The position numbers were made by a program, and so were the translations under genes. A stretch of DNA of 64,000 bases from Camelus dromedarius (taxonomy: Eukaryota), in NCBI RefSeq assembly GCF_036321535.1, contig NC_087436.1, positions 62,684,001-62,748,000 of the forward strand, read 5' to 3'. The notes beneath the pieces are model-generated. The model saw only the letters and a list, made by a program, of their open reading frames with translations, had not been told where the DNA came from and ran no database searches. Positions 43,422-55,900 of this stretch are shown here, piece by piece (the first letter of the stretch is position 1; each line of letters starts with the position of its first letter).

Positions 43422-43909
43422 AAAAAAGCTGGAATAATTTACTTGAGTAGTAAGTTCAGATGTTTACATTGTGTCTTTATTCCTGCCATTACATGACATT
43501 ATGAGGCACTATAGTTTACCAATTGAAATGGTGGAGATTTTATATATATATATCATATAGAAGTGACCTCCTAACACAACTTTCACAATGATTTTGTAGT
43601 GGGCATTCTTTGGTTTTACACGTAATGTGAGTTAATAATCTCTACAGAGTGAAATAACTCTTATTTCAACACTGTTAGACATTACATCCTTACATAAATA
43701 AAAAATATTTTTACACTTCATCTAGTCCAGAGGAAATTTATGCATGTTAAAAATAGAATGCTGAAATAATTAGATATTTGTTTTTGATAATAAAATTGAA
43801 TAAATATATGTAAAGTGGAGAATTTGTGGGTATTATAAGAGATTATTTGAATATATTATAAACCAGTTACCTAAGGCAACTTCTGACACATGGAAAATAA
43901 TCAAACATC

Positions 43910-44047
43910 ATGAAATACGTTCTATGAAGGCAGGGGGCTTTGTCTTTAGTCCTGCTGCAGCCCTATTACCTACTACTGTGTCAGGCTTACTGTAAGCTTT
44001 TAATAATTGTTGAAAGAATGAATCAATAAATGAATCAATGAATAAAT
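43910..44047 (+). mobile_element. LINE-2 3' end
   Basis: ctatgaaggcagggggctttgtc...gtgtcaggcttactgtaagc..taataattgttgaaagaatgaatcaataaatgaat. Confidence 0.75.
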
Positions 44048-44864
44048 ATAGGATACTATCCTCCATATATTTAAAAAAAAAAGTAATTGGTGAAAAACCA
44101 AAATGAGTATCTGGATTCAGAAAGTATTTTTTGATGGACAATTGATGTCAGTATCATAGAAAGTTTGTAGTAACTTGTTGTCCAGTTTTCATTTCCATGT
44201 CAGTTATTTAGATTAATGAACTGAACAAAGATAACTTTTAGTGTAGTCCTAATGACTGTACTTTGTTTTTTAATAAGGACTGTTATAAGGACTCTAACAT
44301 GAGGACTCAGTTATTCAGATTCACTTACTTTAAAAGTTAATATGGTTTCTTTTATTACTCTCAAATTCTAGGCTTCTTCATGATATAAAATCAGTTACTC
44401 TTAAATACAATCCTGTTGAATACATGATGTTGTATATTAAATTACAAATTCACTCCAAGAGAATTTAAGTTTTAGAAAAAATAAATTTAGAATCCATGAA
44501 ATAATAGTTTGACTAAAACATAAAATAGAAAACACCAATAAGCTAGAGGAAACATGAAAAAGAAAACATGGAAACAACAAAACTAAGAAATAAAAACAAA
44601 GTTAAAAATAGAAACATACATCCATATCTTTTGTAATATTAAATGCCAGACCACAATGGAAGAATCTCTAAAACATCACGAAGAGAACAATACCATCATC
44701 AAAAGTGGATGAAGCCATCATAAATGATAAATATAAAGTAAAAGATTAAAAACTGTAGGGTACTAAAATCATTACAGGAAAAATGAACAGTAAAAATTGA
44801 GTGTAGACGTGATTTCAGAAATAGATCAGTATTTATATAAAAGTAAAGCATATGGTCACATAGC

Positions 44865-45090
44865 ATAGTGATTTGATATATGGTTGAGGTCAATTTCCTA
44901 GTTAAGAATTGGTTCTGCCACTTAACAACTCTGAAAATTTATAAACTGTTTAATATCCCTTTGACCCATAGTAACTATACCATACAGCTGTTGATATTAC
45001 TGACATGTCTAGCTTACAACATAGGGTAGCACTAAATAAGAACTTTATATAAGTTAGCCATTATTCCTGGCAACATAATAGGAATTTAGT
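44865..45090 (+). mobile_element. MIR SINE remnant
   Basis: ggttctgccacttaac...; ttagccattattcctggcaacataatagga. Confidence 0.45.
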
Positions 45091-45125
45091 ATTTGCAGTC
45101 TTCATAAAAATCTTCATATGTATAC

Positions 45126-46218
45126 AAGAAGACCAAATGAAGCCCCAAGTTGGTACAAGGAAGGAAATATCAGAGCAGAAATAAATAAAATGGAGGCATA
45201 AAAGAAAATAGAAAGGATCAGTAAAAGTAACAGCTTTGGAAAGATACCTTAAAAAGATAAAACTGACAAACCAAACCCCTTTTTAAGAAACAAGAGAGGA
45301 CTCCAATAAAATTAAAATGATAGAGGAGCTATTACAACTGATACCACAGAAATACAAAGGATCATAAGAGACTCTTATAAACAATTACATGCCAAAAAAA
45401 CTGTATAACCTAAAAAAATGGATAAATTTCAAGAAACATACAGCCTGTTAAGACTGAATCATGAAGAAATAGAAAATAGGAACAATCAAGTGCTAGTGAG
45501 GATGCTGAATCAGTAATCAAAACCTCCCAGGGAAGTCAGCATCACAGCAGTCTGAAACTTTCCTTTTATCTGTCCCCCGCTATTCACAACTAATCAGACA
45601 TCCATGACTGATAAAAGTACTTCTGCACAGGACACCAGAGATCCATCCATCTATGCATCCTAAAGCAGGTAGACTGGACCTCAGAGGAGGCTACGATGCC
45701 AAGGGAGTTTGAGCAGCAGGGTAAGCACAATGACCTTTCTGACAGAGGAAGTGGAAAGTGAAAGTGGTAATGAAAGTCTTCCAGGCCACATGGACTTCAG
45801 ATAGAGGGGTCCTGTTGCTCTTTCTGTGGAGGTACCTCTGTGACTAGGGGGAAGGAAATGAGAGGGCCAAGGAAGGCAAAAAGAACTTAATGGAGGCATT
45901 TCCTGCTGTGTTCTCTAGGATTTCAGCAACAGACAAGCCCCAGGACCTCTGGGAATCCCCCACACGAGGATCTTCCTACTGGATTGTGGGCACACCCAAA
46001 GTGTCAGGTACAAAGCTCTCACTTCTCTCCGCTCTGCTGCCAGTTTTTTTTTTTTTTTTTTCCAACACCAGCATTTTAATGCATGCCCAAACAACCCTGA
46101 GAATAAAAACAAAGCCAGGTGCAGCCACTATGGAAAGCATCATTTCACAATATACACAAATATTGGGGCATTATGTTGTACACCTGAAACTAATATAATG
46201 TTATATGTCAATTATATC
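45126..46218 (+). mobile_element. Mosaic L1: ORF2 segment, L1M3-like 5'UTR segment, 22-bp ORF2 C-terminal remnant, then L1MA-type 3' terminus
   Basis: 45126-45529 ORF2 (attacaactgataccacagaaatacaaaggatcataagagact...cagtaatcaaaacctccc); 45530-~46100 GC-richer 5'UTR-like; 46118-46139 ggtgcagccactatggaaagca; 46140-46218 catttcacaatata...ttatgttgtacacctgaaactaatataatgttatatgtcaattata. Confidence 0.75.
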
Positions 46219-48619
46219 GAAAGAAATATCATCATGTGTATCGATGCATTAGAATAGAAAATAAAGATGCTCTTAATTTTTGTTTGTTTGTTTATTTTGT
46301 TTGTCTGAGTGGTCTGAATCTTATAGAACTCCTGTTTTATAGTACCGAACTGAAACAGTATGCCATTCACAAGGCCAACAATGGTAAGATTTGATAGTTT
46401 TTTTGTTGTTGTTTTGGAAGGAAAGAACTTTCATAGATAAATCTGTGAAATATCCTTAACTGATATGAACAGTAAATATAAACATAGATAGATATAATTA
46501 TTGGCTTTAATGATCAAAGCACAGTATTTAATTACTTTTCAATACCATGATGATTCCATTTATTCAGTAATTTCAAAAGTTGTGAATTTTGAAGGCTGAA
46601 TTGTAATAATTGAATACAGGAGCTACTATCTCTCATATAAATAAAATGCAAAATACATACCATACATTTTACATATATCATTACCAACACTCAAAATATA
46701 AGACAGTGTATCCCTTATTCATGGATTAAAATATAAACATACACTCATGCAGACCTATACCACCTTGATACACATGGTCATATAGTTAGTGTGACTGTAC
46801 TACAACTAATGAAAAATAGAATATCTTGAATCATTGATATATTTCAGGAATTGTGCTGAGCTTTTCTACTTGTACTTTCTCAACTAACATTAATTTAAAA
46901 AATAACAAAACATTATAAACCCATGTGTTTCTGATTCTAGAGTTCATGGCCTCAGCAATGCTGCTGCCATATACCAGAGATGAAATTAGTGCCCTAATTC
47001 TGACTCTAGAGCCCACATTTTTTTCAGAATATGCAATGTTTATGAACACACAACCCCTCCTTGATCTCACACTTAGGTGTCAAGTATAAAATCCAGAAGT
47101 GCAGTTGGGTGAGATATTATGAAAATTCCATATTCTGTGTGCATTTATATCATAATTATTTTAAAAGTACCTATATCAAGAAGGTACTAATATTAACAAT
47201 GGTTGAGAATTAGATGTTATTTCTGATCTAAATAATTTAGATTATTTTAACTCTATGTTTCTCATTTAAATTTTACTGTGGGGAAATCATTATGCTTTTT
47301 CCATAAATGATTATTTTTGAGGGTTTTTTTCCCCCAGGTTGAATAAAACTAATGGAATAAAAGTGAAATTTGTTAGTGAAAGATTCTATTATCTTGTTTT
47401 ACTTTAAATGCAAATTTCACAAGCATCTCTGTTTAGGATAATGAAATTAATCACTCCTACAATTATCTGGAAATTTTTAGATCTTTACCGGAGTGCAAAA
47501 ATTTCAGACCTCATGAAAAATGCTTGAAACTTGCTTAAATTTGATTGTTTCTTTTAAAAAATCAATTTATTTTAATAGCTATTCAAGTTAACATTATTGT
47601 AGGTTTCCTTGACTCACAATGAGATAGTTATCTTTTGTTCACATTTCTCTGTCTGTATTAACAAAAGCTGGTTTATAATATGACATTTTTTTTAAACACT
47701 TTAACAAGAAAACCTGAAAATACTGCTCAAGTATACTTGGAATATTTCTTGTGAAACCAGTTCTTTATTTGTATATGAGGGTGTGCTCTTTGTTAGTAAC
47801 TCTTTTATCTATGCCAATTGGTTCTCAGTTTAGAATTAAGACAGCTTTTTGTGGTGCAAAATCACCTGCCCAAATACAGATTCACTGTTTAAAACACAAA
47901 GGAACAAAATTGCATGTTTTCCCTGGAAAATACAATTTTCACAACTGAAATTATAATTTAACTCAGGCTGGCAATGTGTCCAATGGTAAGGTTCAATCAA
48001 AGATAGGAGGAAGGAGAATGAACACTCAAAGTACTACTTGAGCACTGTACATAAATTTGACAAAGGGCACTAGAAATACCCATACCAACACTGTGTTTCA
48101 CCACCTTACAGTAAGAATGTCAAACAAAAGGCAGCTGGAAATATGGAGAGAAAATAATATAAGAAAAAAAAACAAAGGAAGCCTGTTTTTCAACTAGAAA
48201 ATTAATGTCTCTCTATAAATACCTACTGAAGTCCGACTAAGTGAAATGTACTAAGCTAGGCATAAAGGCATCACCATATACACCCTGAAATTTAGCTCAT
48301 AAAGTTTCACAGTCAAGAATTACAGAGAAAATGCTTAGCTTCTTTGCTGATACCTATTTCTTTTCTCTTTCTTTTTATTTTTATAAATAGTCCTAATGTG
48401 AAATGAGACTTTCTAGTGAAATTGGAGTGTGCAGGCTTAAAATATATTCTGCAAATCTGGGGTGTAATTATATGCATAAATAAAAGATAAATATTAGTCT
48501 GTTTATATTTCCCTATTTCTCTTAAACCTCCCTAGTTTCAGACTTCAGTAGGGCTAAAACAACAAGAAGAAAATGAATTGGGTATTTTATAAAATGGTAT
48601 TGGTGTATATAAAAATTTG

Positions 48620-48970
48620 TTGTAATGAAATAGTTTCAGCCTGGTTCCTACTCTCTGCCTAGCTACTAATGAACATGTTGGGCTTCGACTATGCCACTTT
48701 TTAGCTTTAGGCACCTCACAGCTTCCATTTCTGAAATTAGGGATTTGGAATACATTTTGATGCTTAACCAGGAATAAGCAATTGCAAAGTTTTTCAAAAT
48801 TTCATCTTCTCCCTCACCCCTCCATACTTCTAGACGTTATTTTAATTACTTTAGATTGGGTAGGTTTCAGACATACGGGCTTTGAAAAAGTTCCCAGGTG
48901 ACAGAGCTACATCCACTGGGATATAGACCTGTCAAACCCTGGAAGGTCCATTACAGCTCTCTACAGTCCC
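48620..48970 (+). mobile_element. MIR remnant with probable MER5A-like fragment (~48770-48925)
   Basis: cctggttcctactctctgcctagctactaat...cacctcacagcttccatttctgaaattaggg; tttgaaaaagttcccaggtga is MER5A-like. Confidence 0.4.
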
Positions 48971-49059
48971 TAATGCTTTGATATTCAAAAAGATTATATA
49001 AAATTCTAACTTAACTGTATCTTATAAAAAACCTCAAGAATATTTATAGGGACATTATA

Positions 49060-49430
49060 AATATATATCACACAGCAAGGTAAAATTTACAAAGTTTGTT
49101 ATTTAAAAAATCATTATCCATGCAAAGAAGCGGTAACATACTAACTATAATGAGGATAAAAAACAATTGAAACATACCCAGAAATAGCATAAATGATAGA
49201 ATTAATAGCATAGACAAGGATATCAAAGGACATAACTATTTCATATGTTTAAAAAACCAGAAGAAAGATGAGCATGCTAAGTAGAAACATCAAAGGTAAA
49301 TAAAATAACAAAAAATTTCTAGTGCTGTAAACTATAATTTCTATAATGAAAAATGCATTGAATTAGATAAACAGAATATTAGATATTCTGAAAAGAAAAG
49401 GAAAAGATTAATAAACCAGAGGACATAGTA
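49060..49430 (+). mobile_element. L1MC/L1MD-like ORF1 5' region
   Basis: aaggtaaaatttaca...catgcaaagaagc...ataatgaggataaaaa..attgaaacatacccagaaat...gatagaatta..agacaaggatat. Confidence 0.65.
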
Positions 49431-49730
49431 CGATAGGTTAATTGATGGCTCCTAATGTCAACAAGTCTTTCTAAATGTGATTAGGCTAAGGATCATTTGG
49501 GAAAGAGATGATCATGGATTATTCAGGTGAAGTCAATGTAATAACAAGGGAGATTATAAAAGGATGACAGGAGGGTAAGAGAAAGCATGAAAGAGAGTGA
49601 GAAACTGGAATATGCTATACTGCTGGCTTGGTAGATACCAATAATCCATGGAATGCAGGAAGTCTCTAGAAGATAGAAAAAACATGGATACAATTCTGAG
49701 CTTCCAGAAGGAATGCAGACCTGTAATTTT
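49430..49730 (+). mobile_element. MLT1D-like MaLR LTR (partial)
   Basis: atgtgattaggctaaggatc...gagatgatcatggattattcaggtg..tcaatgtaataacaaggg...tgctatactgctggctt...ggaatgcaggaagtctctagaag...ccagaaggaatgcag. Confidence 0.8.
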
Positions 49731-49764
49731 AGGAATTCTACAATTTAACAATTTTAGAATTATT

Positions 49765-50645
49765 TGACCAAAAGTTAAATACTTAGGTATAAATTTACAA
49801 AATACATACAAGATTTATGAAGAAAACTATAAAACTCTGATGAATGACATCAAAGAACTAAATAAATAGAGAATTCCATGTTCATGAACAGAAAGACTCA
49901 ACATTTTCAAGATGTTCTTCCCAACTTGATCTACAGATTCAATGCAATATCAGTCAAAATCAAAGCAAGTTATTTCATGGATAACAAACTGACTCTAAAT
50001 TTAGTTTATGCAGAGAAACAAAAAAGACCCAGAGTAGCCAACAAAATACTGAAGGAGAAGAATGAAGCTGGGGGACAAATGCTATCCAAATTCAAGAGTT
50101 ACTACAAAGTTAACAGTAATAAAGATAGTGCAGTGTTGGCAAAAGATAGAGAAACAGATCAATGGAACAAAATAAGAGCCAAGAAATAAACCCACACAAA
50201 TGTAGTCAACTGATCTTTGACAAAGGAACAAAGGCAATACAATGGAGCAAAGATAGATTTTCAACAAATGGTCTGAAAATCCTGGACACACACATGCAAA
50301 AAGATGAACCTAGACACAGACCTTACATCCTTCACAAAAATTAACTCAAAATGGATCAGACCTAAAAGTATAATTAGAAAGTACAAAGTTCCTTGAAGAC
50401 ATAATAGGAGAAAACTGAGATGACTATGGGTATGGTGGTGATACTTTTAAAGTACAATACCTAAGACATGATCCATCAAAGAAACAATAAGCTAGACTTT
50501 ATTAAAATTAAAATCTTCTGCTCTGCAAAAGATTATGCCAAGGGAATTAGAAGACAAACCAGAGACTAGGAGAAATTATCTGCAAAATACATCTCATAAA
50601 GGACTATTATCTAAAATGTACAAAGAACTCTTAAAATTTATATAT
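49765..50645 (+). mobile_element. L1 (L1MC-like) ORF2 fragment
   Basis: aaatacttaggtataaat; ORF 49878-50189 LPNLIYRFNAISVKI..KRPRVANKILKEKNEAGG..FKSYYK; ORF 50162-50344 EINPH..SQLIFDKG. Confidence 0.9.
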
Positions 50646-52329
50646 ATAGATAAAATCTCCCTTTGAGGACTGTTAGTTCTAGCACCAGACAGAAAACAAC
50701 AGCCTCAAAGAGACTGACCAGCATTCAAATTAGTAAATTAGCATCAAATCCTAGTGGTTCTGTTTCTCTGAAAGCTGAAAAATATACTGAATTATTGCAC
50801 ATTATTCCTTTAGATAAAAGGTCTGCTCCAGTGCTATCAAGCTATGATACTCTATATTCACCGTAAGTTTGCCCTCACAGCCCTACTGCTTACAGGCAGG
50901 ACTGTTTACAGGGAATCACCTCATCTCCCTTCATGTGAAGAAATCCACTTTGTCTTTCAGAAAATAATTTAACACTTTTCCTTGAAACTATATTATAACG
51001 GCAATTGTTTTTTCTATATAATAAACGTGATATTCAGTTTAAATTATTTGAGATGATTTATAATTATTTTATTTCTGAAACACTACTAGACACATAGTAT
51101 GTAAATCAAATTCTTTTGAGTATCAATGCATAAAATATGCCTTTCTTAGAAACCCAGAAAAATTGTTTCCTAATCCTCTCCCCCAAAGACTATAAAAACA
51201 ACCTAGAATTATTTATATAGAAAGGGTCACACACCAGAATCTGGGAGGGAAAGAGTGAGGGATGATGTTAAAATTATTGAGAAAAAATAACATATGAAGA
51301 AAAACATTAAATTTAAAAATTCTTTTGAAAAAAATCTGAGTATGAAGGAATTTGAGTTTTGCTTCTGTTCTGTTTCACTAGATATATTACTTTTAGAGGC
51401 AAAGAAATGTGGAAAAGTACACAACCATATTTAACATAAGATAGAAACCAAACTTATAATGTTTTAAAATATATATTCATAAACAAATTCTAAAGGTTAA
51501 TGAAGAAAAATTTAGTACTCTCTAATAGTAGATTTCATATTTATTCAACCAGGTCTTTTCTTTTTTTTTTTTTGCAAAAAATGATTTAAATAAATTTATA
51601 CATTCTGGTAGAATCATATTGAGACACTGAGAATAAGAAACATGTTCTCAGAAAGGCTTATGTATATAATTAATTATACAGTTTCATAAAAATATCTGAT
51701 GCATTTACCCATTTATCATTAATTTACAAAAAGTAACACAAAGTAATGGCTATGCCTTGAGAGTAAAGAAAAAGGAAGATATAGTCAGATTTCCTTAGGG
51801 AAAAATAAGAATTTAGAAATTTAGAGATTATAAATGAGCTGAAACATAAAAATAAATGTAATGTCCTGGCATTTATCTCTTTTATGCCTGGAATATCTTA
51901 GCTGCCCAAACATTTATTTTCCATTTTAGGTGCCCAATTCAGATTTATGTTATTGGATTAAGTGAAGTCAACATTCTCTTTAAAATCACACAGCTGGTAG
52001 AAATTCACCAACAGCTTATTCATTAATGTCTTTATTTTATTTTAATGTATCCTTCAAAATTACTCACTTCCCTAGACTAGAATTAGAAAATAAATTCTTT
52101 TGTCCATAAATTCAAACTGATGGCAACATGAAACTTAAAACAGATTAATAAATGATTGACAGGCTAGTTTTTTATTTTAAGTCAACTTGAGTTAAATATC
52201 TAAAAGATTAAATGCCTGAAAGGAGACAGATTAGAAGAATAAAACAAGGGAACAAAAAGAGTTTTTTAAAATATGGTGTAAAAAGACAAAAATAAACAAA
52301 AAGAGAATAAGGTGTCATCTTATCTTCCC

Positions 52330-52910
52330 TAGACAGTGGCCACCACCTCTGAACTGATCCTTTAAAATCTACTCTTGCCTTTATATATTAAAAGAAATTA
52401 TTTCATGCACTAATTTTTAATTCAAATTTAATAGTGCCATCTCCTGCTTAAAACTATTCAATCGCTTGCCTTTGCTCTTGGGATAAATTTTAAAATCCTC
52501 AATGTCATTGGTAAGTCCCTAAAGATCTAGGCTTTGTCTTACTCCTCATCACGCTTCCTTCAGTTACAATCTATTCTTAGTATTATTTAACTTTTTCCCA
52601 TCTCAGGGTCTTCACAAAGGATCTTTCTGCTGCAGGACGTTTCCACCATCTTCTCTCCTGGTTATATTGAAAATGTGTTCCTCAGCTCCAGCTTAAACCT
52701 CACCTCAGGGGGAGCCTCCTCAACTTCCAAGACTTCATTAAGAACCCTGGTTATATGCCCACAAGTCATGCTGTTGTTCATTTTCCTCCAAAGCAATGTT
52801 TTCCTTCCCACTATAATCAGTATCTGCAATATTTTTTACTATTACATTTTCCAATATTTAACGTAGAGCATGTAACATAGAATATGATCAATAAATATGT
52901 AGTGAATTCA
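52330..52910 (+). mobile_element. LINE-2 fragment
   Basis: ctcctgcttaaaactattcaatcgcttgcctttgctcttgggataaa..aaaatcctcaa...cctaaagatctagg; ctcagctccagcttaaacctcacctcagggggagcctcc. Confidence 0.65.
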
Positions 52911-52979
52911 CAAATAACACCATTTGCTATTTGTTATAAAACTTATGTTCTACTTTAAGTCATGATAAACATTTCAGGG

Positions 52980-55900
52980 AATACAGGCTGGTGCACACCA
53001 TCTTTGCATTCTCTCTCTGCCTCACTATAGCTTTTGACTCTCACAGATAGATGCTTATACACTCATGTGGGGCTCCATTTTTGCTACTGCACTCAGGGGA
53101 CACCTATAGATCACCTGGCTCTGGTGTCCAGAGGGGCTTAAACTCGCAGTCTCATAGGATCTAATACTTTTACATACTTTTAATAATTGCTGTGTGAGGG
53201 TTTGGCTTCCAAAAAGCCTGAATCTACATGCTGACTGAGATCTTCCACTTTCAGACACTGACAAGTCTTGGCACGGTCTCAACTACATAGAGATATTAAA
53301 AGTAAAGTAGGCTGCTTGGACAATCACAAAGAATTGAAAGAGAACTAAGAGGTAGGGTTGGGGGAAACAAAAAGTTAGATCACCTGCAGAAGCCTACTCT
53401 ACTCCTTTGAGACTGGGAGAGGTGGCTGTTTTGTCTACTGCATAGGAACCGACATAGGAGAAGAAATAAAATGAAATCAGAAAAATAATCATAATAAAAC
53501 AGGGTAAGTAATTTACCTGATAAGGAGTTCAAGGTAATAGTCATAAAGATGCTAACTGAACTCAGGGGAAGAATGGATGAACAAAGTGGGAACTTCAATA
53601 AAGAGATAGAATATACAAGAAAGGACCAAACAGAGTTACCAAGTTGAAAAATACAATAACTGAACTGAAAAAAAAAAAATACACTAGAGGGGTTCAACAG
53701 CAGTCTGGAGGAAGCAGAAGGATCGGTGAACTCAGTGAAACTAACTCAATTAGAGAAGCAAAAAAGAAAGGGAAAAAAACCTTAAGTGATTATGGCTTAA
53801 GTGACTTATGGGATAATGTCCAGTGGAATAATATTCTTATCATACGAGTAGCCAGAAAATGTACTTGAAGAAATAACAGCTGATAACTTTCCTAACCTGG
53901 GAAGGAAACAGGTATCTAGGTCCAAGAAGCCCCAAGAATTCCAGATAAGATGAACCCAAAGAGACCCACGTAAGCCACAATATAATTAAGATGCTAAAAG
54001 TTAAAAGACAAGGAGAGAATCTTAAAAGCAGCAAGAGAAAAACAATTTGTTATTTATAAAAGAACCCTCATAAGACTATAGTAGGCTTTTTAGCAGAAAC
54101 TGCAGACCAGAAAGGAGTGGCATAATATGCTCAAAGAGCTGAAATAAAACAAAACAAAAAACTTCCAACCAAGAATATTCTACCTAGCAAAGTTACTGAT
54201 CAGAATTGAAAGAGAGATAAAAAGTTTCCTAGACAAGCAAAAGGTAAAGATTTTCCTCATCCCTAAACTGGCCACACAAGAAATTTTAAAAATGACTTTT
54301 TTTTAGTCTGAAAAGAAAGGGCATTTCTTGGAAACAAGAAAACATATGCAAGTATAATTCTCACTGGTAAAATTTAATATATAGTAAAGGTAGTGGGTAA
54401 ATTACTCATAAAGCCAGTATGAAGGTTAAAGACAAAGTAAGTAGCTAAATTACAACAATAGTTAGTTAAGGGATACATAAGATAAAAGGATGTAAAATGT
54501 GACATCAAAAACAAATTGTAGGGGGAGAGTAAAAATGTAGAGCTTTAGAGTGCATTCAAATTTTAGCTGTTATCAGTTTAAAATAGGCTATTATAAATAT
54601 ATGTTATATGTAAGCCTCATGGTAACCACAAAAGAAAACCTATAATAGATATAAAGAGAAAAAGAAATCTAAGCATAGACTACTAAAAAATGTTATCAAA
54701 CCGCTAAGAAATAGAACAAGCAAAGAAGGAAACAGGAGAACTAAAAAACTATAGGAAAACAAATGGAAAATGGCAAGAATTCTATATTTATCAATAATTA
54801 CTTAAAACGTAAATTGACTAAATTATCCAGTAAAAATTGAGTGTCTCAATGGATTAAAAAAAACAAGCCCTATCTATATGCTGCTTATAAGATACACACT
54901 TCAGATGTAAAGACACACAAATTGAAAGTGAAGCATGGAGAAAGGTATTACCTGCAACTGGAAAGCAAATAAAGAATTTGGAGTAGCTACACTTATATCA
55001 GGCAAAATAGAGTTATAAAACAAAGCCTGTAGTAAGAGATAATGAAGGTCATTATATAATGATGCAGGAGTCCATCCAAGAAGAGCTATAACTTTTGTAA
55101 ATATTTATGCACCCAGCATAGAAGCACCTAAATACATAAAACAAATATTGATAGACTTCAACAGAGAAATACACAGCAATACGGTAGTAGTAGGGGAGTT
55201 TAATACCACACTTACACCTATGAATAGCTCATCCAGACAGAAAATTAACAAGGAAAGATACACTTTAAATAACACATCAGACCATATATGCTTAACAGAT
55301 ATATACAAAATATTCCATCCAGAAACAAACTGATATGCATCTTCTCAAGTGTGCATGGGATATTCAGCAAGATGTGTTAGGCCACAAAACAAGTCTTGAT
55401 AAATTTAAGGAAATTGAACTCATATCAAGCATCTTTTCCTACCACAATGGTATGAAACTGGAAATCAACTACAAGAATAAAACTGGAGAATTCACAAATA
55501 TGTGGAGATTAAACAACATGCTACTAAACAAGAAATGATCAAAGAATTGAAAGAGAAATCAAAAGACAAAAAAAGTATCAAATCTTATGAGATGCAGCAA
55601 AAGCAGTCTTAAGAGGAAGTTCATAAAAATGTCTACCTCAAGAAACAAGAACAATCTAAAATAAACTGAACTTTACACTTCAAATAATTAGAAGGAAGCC
55701 AAATTTTAGTAGAAGGAAGGAAATAAATATCAGTGGAAATAATTAAACAGACTGAAACAATGAATGAAATGAAGAGTTGGCTCTTTGAAAAAATAAACAA
55801 AGCTGATTAACTTTTAGCTAAATTCACAAAGAACAAAGAGATAGAACTCAAAATCAGAAATGAAAAAGATGTTAAAACAAATGCCATAGAAATACAAAGG

